64,000 bases of DNA from Lingula anatina. Its lineage: Eukaryota; Animalia; Brachiopoda. The position numbers were made by a program, and so were the translations under genes. The stretch is taken from contig CM120640.1 in assembly GCA_051362555.1 (NCBI GenBank), positions 30,771,967-30,835,966 on the forward strand, in the 5' to 3' direction. Shown in pieces: positions 23,265 to 34,252 of the stretch. How positions within the stretch are numbered: the first letter of the stretch is position 1; every line of letters begins with the position of its first letter. Under the pieces are notes generated by a model. The model did not search any database, had not been told where the DNA came from, and saw only the letters and a list, made by a program, of their open reading frames with translations.

Positions 23265-24597
23265 CTGCAAGCAGTCCAGTTACTGTCATGGCATTGGGTC
23301 ATCCAAGGGAAGTAATGACCACTGCTCCACTTTAGGTCCAATACATTTCATCCCAAACTGACCACATCAAGCTGGTCACTAGAGAGACATTTCACAATGT
23401 ATAACTGTCAAACTGTGCGTGAACTAGAATAAAGATAAAAGTTAATTAAATAAAACATTCAAAACAATCATCCACTGATGATCAGAAGCAAATGAATATC
23501 CAATATTTCAGCCCACCAAGTTACATGTCCTTCAGTCACTATATATAAATAATAAAATGCACATGAAAGATATTTTAAGATAAGTATTCATTTTGTATAA
23601 CAATGTTTTGTGCATATAAGATGAAATGGTTTAATCTAAACAATCTTTATTGTATGAAAGGTGTGGACCAAAAAAATACTTGAGACTAAAAGTACAATGC
23701 ACATTACAATTTAATTAAAATAAATGAAAAAAAAACAGTGGAATAAAAAGTAATCCACGTTTTTCAAATCACAATAAAAACCACATGAGTCCAAAAACTG
23801 TGATAATTGGTGTTTGTTTTCTGTACAGAGGAAAAACAGAAAACCAATAACCTATTCTTACATCTAACACAAAACCAGACGTTCATTTTATGTACTACCT
23901 GCAAAAAGTCCAGTTACCTGTTTACCATGGCTGTCATGTCTCTGGCTCTTCACAACCCATTCATCCTGAAACTTGTTGTGTCTTCCACAACTGGGTGAGA
24001 TGAAAGGATATTCCTGCAGCTGCCATTTCCTGTCTATTTCACACATCGGAGTTGTGGTGATTGAAATGTGATAAGTTAAAAATGACCTTGTCTTTTGGAG
24101 GCTACTGGACACCATTGTGACTGCTGAAACTATCACAATCTCAGACTGATCACAGTTAAATCAACAGAACTCTGTCAAATCTGCTTGGATTATTTGTGGA
24201 ATTTGCAAACAAACTAACTAAACACAATAACTTTAGAAATCTGGGATAACTATACCAGGTGGCTGTGCCTTATTTTGTGAGGAGTAAGATGGGAGAAGTG
24301 CAAAAAAAATTATTAAATTTTAAAAAAACACAAAATATGATCACTGTTTTGTTGATCTATAGGGGAAGGATAAGAGACAAATTTTGTGTTACATAGCTTG
24401 TAAAACAAAACCAAGTGTTTATTTTGTGTATTACCTGCAATCAGTTCTGTTCCCATCTTGGAAATGGGTGACCTGAGGGAAGTCATGTCACTACTCCACT
24501 TTAGGTCCAATAAATTTCATCCCAAACTGACCACATCAAGCAGGCCACTATGTAGACACATGACACTGTACAACAACTGTCAAACTGTGTGTGTGAA
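23265..24597 (-). pseudogene. Second duplicated exon type Y (23265-23423 and 24435-24597), flanking an intact-looking exon
   Basis: ttctag acceptor and TGCAG|gt donor in both; shared CTTGATGTGGTCAGTTTGGGATGAAAT..TTGGACCTAAAGTGGAG; stops present. Confidence 0.6.
23899..24123 (-). CDS. Open 225-nt phase 1-1 exon (..TTTPMCEIDRKWQLQEYPFISPSCGRHNKFQDEW..), possibly the end of a Sushi/CCP-like module
   Basis: gtttcag acceptor, GCAG|gtagta donor, 75 codons without a stop; C-x5-W..P-x-C spacing. Confidence 0.5.
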
Positions 24598-26055
24598 CTA
24601 GAAAAAAAAAGATAAACATTCATTAAATATTCAACAATGGCCAACAGTGATTCACAGCTTTCTGTTTAGAATATGTAGCGTATTTTGCTTTATTATATTC
24701 ATTAACTTGGAAAATGTAACATAAACACATTTAAATATTAATTATCAAGAAACAATACACTTAACTTCACAGAGTTGGGAAAGCATGCTGCGATCCTGAA
24801 TTGGCGGTTAAACAGAAACGACATGCAATCGACACTTTTGTCCAAGCTCTCCGTTTAAAATATACATTGTATTTTGCTTCATATTCATAAAGTTTGGAAA
24901 ATGTAACATTAAACACAAAAAAATATATTATCAGGGAAGAGTACACTTAACTTTACATTGTACACATGGATAAAACATGGTGCTGCGTTTGGTGCTGTCT
25001 TTCACTGCCTGCTTTTTCATGGTAAGGGCACTCTGAAAAAAGAACAATATAACTGAAAAAAATGATAATTACACTAAAAACACTGGTAAATTCCATGACT
25101 TAAAATAGTTAAATGTTAATAATTTTGACCAATCTTGTCCAATGTTTCTGAAATCTGTACAAATGATGCTTAACAACAATAAAAATCTGTGATAATCTTA
25201 TCAGTTGTCTATGTCTTTTTTTAAGCATCAAGTTTATTGGAAATTGATAACGAGAAGAGTGAGAATTCACCAAAAGAAATATTGCAATATTGCAATGTAT
25301 TATTTACTCTCAAAGAAAACAGCAAATGTGATGATTTGAGTTTGTTTGTGTAGGAGGTAGCAAAATACCTATAACTGTTATCTGGAAAACAATGTTTACC
25401 CATACAAGACTTCTTACTATCAATGCCAGATGCAGATTACTCCTTACAATGGGTTTCCGGAATGGGTTGCTGTTAGCACAATATTTGACAATGTCCTAAA
25501 TCTTGCTACATATCATGTATTGTACACATGAATAAGATTTAGTGCTGCTCTTGGTGCTGTCTTTCACTGCCTGCTTTTTCATGGTAAGGGTACTCTAGAA
25601 AAAGAACAATATAACTGAAAAAAAAACTGAAAATTACATTGAAAAGACTGGCGAATCCCATGACTTAAAATAGTTAAACGTTAATAATTTTGTCAAATCT
25701 TGTCCAATATTTCTGAAATTTTTACAAATGATGCTAAACAACAATAAAAATCTGTGATAAGCTGATCACTTGTCTGTGTCTATGAAAAGTATTTTCTTCG
25801 GATGATATATTTGAGAAAACTGAAAATTACACTGAAAACGCTGGCAAATTCCATGACTTAAAATAGTTAAACGTTAATAATTTTGACAAAATGTGTCCAA
25901 TATTTCTGAAATTTGTTTAAATGATGCTTAACAACAACAAAAATCTGTGATAAGCTGATCAGGTGACTGTGTCTAATGAAAAGTATGTTCTTCGGATGAT
26001 ATACTTGAGAAAACTGAAAATTACACTGAAAACACTGGCAAATTCCATGTCTTAA

Positions 26056-28089
26056 GAGGGAAATGTACCCAAATATTGCTAAAAATCATCACTTTGGGTT
26101 TTTTATGTCTAATTATTGGTTAAATGTGTATCTAACATTTAACTGAATAACCTTTTTACATTTTGAACAGAAAATATGGTGGCTTGGTCTGTGCCCAGCC
26201 TTCGTTGCCAAGGGCCGTTGGCATGGGTAAACTCGGTGGGAGGACCTTAGCAGCATCAGTACGACTCGCCAAACAATAAAAAAGGAACATGTCACACTCC
26301 CTTTTTCATAAACAGCGATTGGCAAAGCATTGCCTATTGTTCCGCTTAAGCTGTTTTGATAGTCGCTCTTGATTGTGATCACCACTAAGGAGAATCTTTT
26401 CTGAGACATTGGATTTTCTCAAAATACACGTTTTTCCTTGAATTGTTTGTTGCTATACATGTATTTTTGATTTTCTTCTTAATATTTTGAGATACGATAA
26501 AAAGAGAAACATTCCACTGCTTGCTACCTGTGACAGCAACTGTCAAACTATCGATCAATCTTCCACAGCAGCTCTATACAGTCGTCAGATTTTATAGATC
26601 TATGCAACTTGGGCCTAGAAACGAGGTGCATGTTTATCAAATCTTTAACTTGACAACTAATGATTACTTGGCTCTACGATGGTGATGATGGTGATAATTT
26701 GTGTTTTGGACTTTTTCTGAGCAAATCAATGTAAACATTTCGTCAAATACTGACTGGAATCATATACAAGATTGCTTTGAAAAGACTTGAGCCCATATCC
26801 TAGCGTAACCTTTCATCGAGTGGCGTAAAATTTCAGTACATGTGCAAAAAAATACTAAGCAAACAGAGCTAATGATATGGCTAGACTCCTTTTTTTGTGC
26901 GAACAACAGTAGGCTGAGATCACGTGAGGGCTGTATTATTAATAACATTTTGATTTTTCAGAATTATTCATTTCAGCTATGAGATATGAGCTGGAGAATA
27001 AGCCCTAGCATTTTCAACCTAAATGCTGGTATACTGCGAGGTACAGTTCTAGATGCATGTATGCACTTTCAAGGCCGACATGGTTTTTTTCTTCAATAAT
27101 TATCCCAATTTCTGACAAACACAACATTACACATTTCCTCTAACAAGCCCTGCCTGCATGGTTGCATCTATTTCTTGTTGTTGATGGTCCGATCGGCGTC
27201 CTGTAACACGACCCTGTTTTTGAACCATTTTTTGCTCAGCTAATGTGGACAAGACCGCCTGCGATGATGCTATATTGTGTGCACATCCTAGAGCACATCC
27301 CTAACACTTGCCCCAGCGTCAACTGATGTGGCCACTGATTGGTTGAGTAGTTAGAGCTTACTTGATTGCCTGTCAATCATTCTGGCAGTGCTAGCGGTAA
27401 CCCCTTGAAGTTATTAACAGAAGGTGAGATTGATACAAAAATAAGATCTTCTGACATCCAAATGCATGTAAGCAAGCTAATTTCAACCGGCTATAGAGTA
27501 CCTATCTTCGCGATCATCAGAACGATAGCAGGTAAAGCTGTCAACATTTTAATTTGCTATTTTGGACAATTAACCTCCCTGAAGGGTTTTTGCTTTCAAG
27601 ATTGACGAAATACATGTAGCGTTATCGGAGCAAGCTTTAACTGTCTACCTGTACACTTGAGGTAGATCAAATTCACCAAGCTTATAAAGAAAAGTATGCA
27701 CTACAAGTACGTTTTAAAAATTTTTGATTGATCCTCTCTTTTCCAATTTATTGACTTTGAAAGAGAAAATTCCTTAATATTTTAATGTAATTTCACATTT
27801 TTATAGATAAAATCATCAATAAGTCTCTAAAGAAAAATTCCTGACTCCCTTTTGTAGTACTTTGTTCAATTGTTATAACACCATTAAAAGCATATTTATA
27901 GCTGTCCAGGTGCCTGAGAAAATCAGGTGTTTAAAAATGGTGTTTTTGTCCCATGTCACATGATGAAGTTGGAGCTGTGTTTCAAGCATAATTGATAAGA
28001 GGTTTTGAAGATACATTTAATGAATGTGATAGGAATAAAAAAAACTAAGACCTTTATTTTCAGAGAAAATCTCCAACCTACATTCCCCC
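26056..28089. mobile_element. 2.03-kb non-autonomous Kolobok-like DNA transposon
   Basis: TTAA at 26052-26055 and 28090-28093; imperfect TIR GAGGGAAATGTA / TACATTCCCCC; interrupts the host repeat ccatg.cTTAAaatagtt. Confidence 0.78.
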
Positions 28090-28925
28090 TTAAAATAGTT
28101 AGAGAGTTAACCAAAACAAATATTTCAATATTGCAATGTATTATTTACTCTAAAAAAAAACAAAAAAAAAAAACAGCAAATGTGATGATTTGAGTTTGTT
28201 TGTGTAGGAGGTTGCAAATGACCTATAACTGTTATCTGGAAAACAATATATACCCATACAAGACTTCTCCTTACTTCTCCTTAATGCCAGATGCAGATTA
28301 CTCCTTACAATGGGTTTCCGGAATGGGTTGCTGTTAGCACAATATTTGACAGTGTCCTAAATCTTGCCACACATCATGTATTGTACACATGGATAACACT
28401 TAATGCAGCTCTTGGTGCTGTCTTTGACTGCCTGCTTTTTCATGGTAAGGGTACTCTGAAAAAAGAACAAGATAACTGAAAAAACTGAAAATTACATTGA
28501 AAAGACTGGCAAATCCCACGACTTAAAATAGTTAAATGTTAACAATTTTGTCAAATCTAGTCCAATGTTTTTGAAAATTGTACAAATAAAGCTTAACAAC
28601 TTTTGTAATCTGAGATAAACTGATCAGTTGACTGTGTCTGATGAATAGTGTTTTTTTTTTAATGGGACAATATATTTGAAAAAACTGAAAATTACACTGA
28701 AAACACTGGCAAATCCCATGACTTAAAATAGTTAAACATTAATTACATAATTATAATTTTGTCAAATCTAGTCCAAAATATGTTTCTGAAAATTGTACAA
28801 ATTAAGCTTAACAACTTTTATAATATGAGATAAGCTATAATCAGTTGACTGTGTCTAATGAAAAGAATCTTCTTCGGACAATATATTTGAGAAAATGAAA
28901 ATTACACTGAAAACACAGGCAAATT

Positions 28926-30895
28926 CCATGGCAACACTGGTACCTCTAGCTGCTCTCATCTTCTCCATGTACTGGCATTTGTTGCACATCTTGATCTGCA
29001 AAATGCATATCTATTACAAGGAATGATGTAGTAGCTCATGCTGGCCACAGTGCACTAATTAATCTAGTTTGACAGCTTGTTAGAGAAGTTTGCACAAAAC
29101 AACAAGTGAATAATACTATTCAACAAACCAATCAGAAACAAAATCTGTCACTTTATGTCAGTTATGGACAGATGATAGATGGACAGTTTAATACTAAGTT
29201 AAATTTATACAAAACTGGTGATTAAAAAAATTGTTTATTTGCCTTAGTGTTTTTTCACCCAACACACCACTTTATAGGTGTTACGATTTTCTTGTTACAA
29301 ATTCATCTCATACTTGCCCTTTCTCTCTCTTTCCAAACAAAACAAAGGTATACAACAGTGTTTCCAAAAAACTACAATACATGTACTTTCATACAGTAAT
29401 GACTACAATTGCTGCATACCCATTTGTTGATGCATGTAACCATGCTTCTCCAATAGAAGAAGCTCTCAATTTGCCCCAGGGTCTTCTTCTGGCCAAATTG
29501 GCTTCCCATAGGGGAATTATGACATTCGCGAAATTTTTTCTTTTTCTCATCATTAAATACTACTAGCCTCCTTACACCACTCTTGATATAACACATCTCT
29601 GACCCTGAAAATATAGAAAAACAACTCAATTGTACTATTTTAAAACAAGATACATATGTAACAGACGGACTCTCTGGTTGTGTAAAATGACTTTATTGCT
29701 ATAACTAAAATTTTCACCCTGTAATAAAGGTGACATATAATTAGATAAAATGACATACAACAAATAACTTATAATTCTATAGTTTACCTCTATGATAAGG
29801 AAATAATAAATTCGATATAGATAACTACGGTTTATAAAGGCTATAACGGCTTACCCTGATCTTATTCAAGGGCGTTTAGAAAGAGTGCTGGATATACCAA
29901 TACGGCTTGGTCTGAAAACTAAAGAGTAGAAAACGATGTAATACAGTATAGTATAGTATAGTGGAGTTGGATATGCAAAAGACAAGATAAAATATAACTA
30001 AAATTAACTAGATGACATCCAACTTCCCATATAGAAACAGACAGAAGAACAGCAACTTCAGCACTATTTGAAAATACGGCGCCAATGCCTTTTATAATGA
30101 GAAGTCACATGACAAAGACGCGGAAAGACAGAACAAAGGGACATAGACAAAGAAACAGACAAAGGAACAATTAGAGGGCATCAGAGTCACAGCAAGTCAC
30201 AAGACAAGACGAGTGACGAGTGCATATTTACACATAGTTACACATATAATAGCAGATTTCTGGCCTATAAAAATACCAACTAGAAAAGGTGCACATCTGT
30301 AAATACCAGTACTTTGTGGATAAACAGAAAACAGAACTATGGGATATATGAACAACCAAGCTGTTATGATAAACTTTAATAGGTAATATTTGTTTCTGTT
30401 GCATGTTAAGAAATGAAAATTGTCTTCATTGGACACCAAATGCAGAGTGAAAATTAAACAAAAGGCACCAGTTACAAAAAGCAAAAGGCTCTCCATATTT
30501 AACTACCTACATTTTCTCTTTTCTAATTTCTTGTGCATGATTATATAACAACATATACTTTTTTCTATTTCTCACAGATTTTTCAAAATAATTTCATACC
30601 ACAGGCTTAAATTGTTGAATGAATGTTAGGGAATTAGGTCATGTTTTTTACCATGTTTACCAAAATAACAGAACAGGTACAGATTCCAAAAGAAAGTAAC
30701 ATTTGAATATTAAACCAAAATTCATACAAATGGAAAGAACATCATCCTCTTACCTTCACATACTACATGTAGTGTATAGTTCTTAGTCATTCTCCTAACT
30801 GATGCCTTGTGGTTGGCATTCCAACCAGCATCTCCTTTCCCTTCCTGCAGATACTGAAACACATCATCTAGGTTGACCAAATGGCGCTCTGCCAT
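28926..30895 (-). pseudogene. Truncated, intron-containing GIN1/Ginger-type integrase (N-terminus plus H2C2 zinc-binding domain); exons 30754-30895, 29420-29604, 28926-28995
   Basis: Spliced frame MAERHLVNLDDVFQYLQEGKGDAGWNANHKASVRRMTKNYTLHVVCE|GSEMCYIKSGVRRLVVFNDEKKKKFRECHNSPMGSQFGQKKTLGQIESFFYWRSMVTCINKW|IKMCNKCQYMEK. GT-AG introns of phase 1 and 0. Aligns by eye with GIN1 as recalled (RLVIVSEEEKKKVLRECH..YYW..VKQWVYACQHCQ). No DDE core. Confidence 0.85.
29657..30242 (-). mobile_element. Solo LTR (586 bp, Gypsy-like) inside a GIN-like intron
   Basis: TGTAAC...GTTACA termini; 4-bp TSD CATA (29653-29656, 30243-30246); minus-strand TATAAAA (~30090) and AATAAA (~29692). Confidence 0.88.
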
Positions 30896-30915
30896 GACTG
30901 AAAGTAGTATAAGTA

Positions 30916-32878
30916 TAGTGACAAGAAGTCTGTAAAACAGATCCTGGTACAATCCAACACTCCTGATGACAGTAGGAGAAGTAGTGACAAGAAGTCTGTA
31001 AAACAGATCCTGGTACAATCCAACACTCCTGAAGACAGTAGGTGAAGTAGTGACAAGAAGTCTGTAAACAGATCCTGGTACAATCCAACACTCCTGAAGA
31101 CAGTAGGTGAAAGTGACAAGAAGTCTGTAAAACAGATCCTGGTACAATCCAACACTCCTGATGACAGTAGGTGAAGTAGTGACAAGAAGTCTGTAAAACA
31201 GATCCTGGTACAATCCAACACTCCTGATGACAGTAGGAGAAGTAGTGACAAGAAGTCTGTAAAACAGATCCTGGTACAATCCAACACTCCTGAAGACAGT
31301 AGGTGAAGTAGTGACAAGAAGTCTGTAAACAGATCCTGGTACAATCCAACACTCCTGAAGACAGTAGGTGAAGTAGTGACAAGAAGTCTGTAAAACAGAT
31401 CCTGGTACAATCCAACACTCCTGATGACAGTAGGTGAAGTAGTGACAAGAAGTCTGTAAAACAGATCCTGGTACAATCCAACACTCCTGAAGACAGTAGG
31501 TGAAGTAGTGACAAGAAGTCTGTAAAACAGATCCTGGTACAATCCAACACTCCTGATGACAGTAGGTGAAATAGTGACAAGAAGTCTGTAAAACAGATCC
31601 TGGTACAATCCAACACTCCTGAAGACAGTAGGAGAAGTAGTGACAAGAAGTCTGTAAACAGATCCTGGTACAATCCAACACTCCTGAAGACAGTAGGTGA
31701 AGTAGTGACAAGAAGTCTGTAAACAGATCCTGGTACAATCCAACACTCCTGAAGACAGTAGGTGAAGTAGTGACAAGAAGTCTGTAAAACAGATCCTGGT
31801 ACAATCCAACACTCCTGATGACAGTAGGTGAAGTAGTGACAAGAAGTCTGTAAAACAGATCCTGGTACAATCCAACACTCCTGAAGACAGTAGGTGAAGT
31901 AGTGACAAGAAGTCTGTAAAACAGATCCTGGTACAATCCAACACTCCTGATGACAGTAGGTGAAATAGTGACAAGAAGTCTGTAAAACAGATCCTGGTAC
32001 AATCCAACACTCCTGAAGACAGTAGGTGAAGTAGTGACAAGAAGTCTGTAAACAGATCCTGGTACAATCCAACACTCCTGAAGACAGTAGGTGAAGTAGT
32101 GACAAGAAGTCTGTAAACAGATCCTGGTACAATCCAACACTCCTGAAGACAGTAGGTGAAAGTGACAAGAAGTCTGTAAAACAGATCCTGGTACAATCCA
32201 ACACTCCTGATGACAGTAGGTGAAGTAGTGACAAGAAGTCTGTAAAACAGATCCTGGTACAATCCAACACTCCTGATGACAGTAGGAGAAGTAGTGACAA
32301 GAAGTCTGTAAAACAGATCCTGGTACAATCCAACACTCCTGAAGACAGTAGGTGAAGTAGTGACAAGAAGTCTGTAAAACAGATCCTGGTACAATCCAAC
32401 ACTCCTGAAGACAGTAGGTGAAAGTGACAAGAAGTCTGTAAAACAGATCCTGGTACAATCCAACACTCCTGAAGACAGTAGGTGAAGTAGTGACAAGAAG
32501 TCTGTAAAACAGATCCTGGTACAATCCAACACTCCTAAAGACAGTAGGTGAAGTAGTGACAAGAAGTCTGTAAAACAGATCCTGGTACAATCCAACACTC
32601 CTGAAGACAGTAGGTGAAGTAGTGACAAGAAGTCTGTAAAACAGATCCTGGTACAATCCAACACTCCTGAAGACAGTAGGTGAAGTAGTGACAAGAAGTC
32701 TGTAAACAGATCCTGGTACAATCCAACACTCCTGAAGACAGTAGGTGAAGTAGTGACAAGAAGTCTGTAAACAGATCCTGGTACAATCCAACACTCCTGA
32801 AGACAGTAGGTGAAGTAGTGACAAGAAGTCTGTAAACAGATCCTGGTACAATCCAACACTCCTGAAGACAGTAGGTGA
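30916..32878. repeat. 64-66-bp minisatellite, ~30 highly homogeneous copies
   Basis: Unit gtgacaagaagtctgtaaaacagatcctggtacaatccaacactcctgaagacagtaggtgaagta; accounts for the 722, 663 and 512 aa ORFs. Confidence 0.97.
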
Positions 32879-32904
32879 CAAAAGTCTCAAAATACACTCC
32901 TTAC

Positions 32905-33325
32905 ATACAGATTGAGAGCAAGTCCAGGCCTACTCAACTACCAGACTCGGCACCTACGGATCCAGAATAAACCGCTACGATCAAACCTAATTGCTCCTCA
33001 AGGTCACAAAACTATAACCGGTACTGACGGCTAGGCTTGTCTTTATCATATAAGTAGCGCGTTTCCACCCCCTGATTGAGGGAGTCGTCTGTCGTCATGT
33101 TGTTGTTTTCATACGACTCCTACTTGACGAAAACGAGGCACGATACCCGGATGACAGGTAGGCTTACAAAATTTGTGATGGGGTATGATACTCTGAAATG
33201 CGATCTGACACACACCTTGAAAACGGGTAGTGTGGTCTGATATACTGGTTAATTCTGGAACCGTAGGTGCCGAGTCTGGTAGTTGGGTAGGCCTGAAGTC
33301 TTTCATCTGATAAAAATGATTGACA
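32905..33325. repeat. ~55-75-bp inverted repeat pair (~32925-32975 / ~33245-33295)
   Basis: caggcctactcaactaccagactcggcacctacggatccagaat versus attctggaaccgtaggtgccgagtctggtagttgggtaggcctg. Confidence 0.85.
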
Positions 33326-33962
33326 GTTACTGAGGACAGGGCATAATTACAAGTAATTGAACTTAACCACTTGAACTGGACAATGCAAGAAGCCATACAG
33401 TCTTACTTATCATCACCATAAGGTATACTTCAAAATCACCTAGAAAATGTCATCTAGATTTTATGAAATGAATTGAATTGAAGGAGCAATGTGGACCATA
33501 TGTGGACCTTCATATATTGATATACTCCTGTAAATGGTGATTTTCCCATACTTACCAATGGTTTATGAATCCGTTCCAACATTCAAAGTTAGCCCACAAT
33601 TTTTTATAAAGTTTTGATTTATTTTTATAATCACTTATGTAATAATATGACTCTCAAGCTAAAAGGTGGTATCCCTTTAAATATATTAAAAAAATAAAAT
33701 AAACTTTTTAAGAAAAGCTACTGCACTAACTTTGAACAGATGTCAGAACAGATACATTTATAAATTCAATATATTGGAAAAGTAAAATTATATGCTGGGT
33801 TTAATAATTATGTCTTTATATTGGGCATTAATAGTCAACCTAAAATTTTTTAATGTACTAACCAATGGTAATTATAGAAAACTGTCCTTTACCCCAGGAA
33901 AACTTCCTTTTAAGCCAAAATGAACAGTTCTTCTTCCTTTAAGAAAACTTGAGAACACTTAC

Positions 33963-34044
33963 CATTTACTCAGGTTATCCACAATAACATTGTCCAGTTG
34001 GAAGCCACCACCTTCCATATCAGTCATTTTAACAGACATAACTG
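33963..34044 (-). CDS. Exon VMSVKMTDMEGGGFQLDNVIVDNLSK of the host gene; a 33-nt candidate exon lies at 33407-33439
   Basis: tttatttttag acceptor, TG|gtaagt donor, open in phase 1 to 2. Confidence 0.6.
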
Positions 34045-34252
34045 CTAAAAATAAAGATAATTAAACTGATATATATTTCACTTTCATTTATAAGGGCATG
34101 CAAATCAATTACCAAAACTATGGATATTATTGCATTCATAATTAAAATTGTTATTTTAAAAAGAGGTCTTTAAAAAGTACTTTAAATATCAAAAACCTTA
34201 TAGTCATAAACATTACTGACTTGGCCATCCTGAGGTGTCAATAGCGACTTTA

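Larger units (their letters stand above)
5561..28455 (-). pseudogene. Array of duplicated Cys-rich exon cassettes, type X: 5561-5618 (partial), 9672-9889, 10321-10545, 19250-19536, 20921-21071, 24960-25032 (partial), 25369-25594, 28223-28455
   Basis: Each copy has a tttttccag-type acceptor, and complete copies have a GT donor (mostly AG|gtaatttgc) with homologous flanking intron. Consensus peptide SMCTIPDMWQDLGHCQMVCANSLIPETHCKEESAPGIGSKERSCMDIYCFPDDN; copies carry stops and indels. Confidence 0.7.
28926..33325 (-). mobile_element. Putative Ginger1/Gin-type DNA transposon remnant
   Basis: Spliced Gypsy-like integrase with no RT/gag; candidate TGTCA terminus at 33325; the other end is lost at a CCATGG junction with the host intron repeat. 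Confidence 0.55.
239..34044 (-). pseudogene. Fragmented multi-exon gene, probably pseudogenised, for a Cys-containing single-pass (type I) membrane protein; continues past the left edge; possible 5' exons at 42377-42415 and ending at 44185
   Basis: Series of minus-strand segments bounded by polypyrimidine-AG acceptors and GT donors (239-326, 1175-1260, 1565-1754, 1915-2129, 2836-3002, 3875-3918, 4211-4247, 4909-4974, 23899-24123, 33407-33439, 33963-34044). Several contain in-frame stops or a local duplication. Joining them into one gene is inference. Confidence 0.6.

Noticed and set aside
9598-28479. Recurrent plus-strand ORFs (WQITY..ENNIYP..MQITPYNGF)
   Set aside because: Antisense readings of the minus-strand exon cassette; splice signals exist only on the minus strand.
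30722-32897. ORFs of 722, 663, 512 and 120 aa as real proteins
   Set aside because: Overlapping frames generated by a stop-free 66-bp tandem repeat; only the last ~47 codons of the 722-aa ORF belong to the GIN-like exon.
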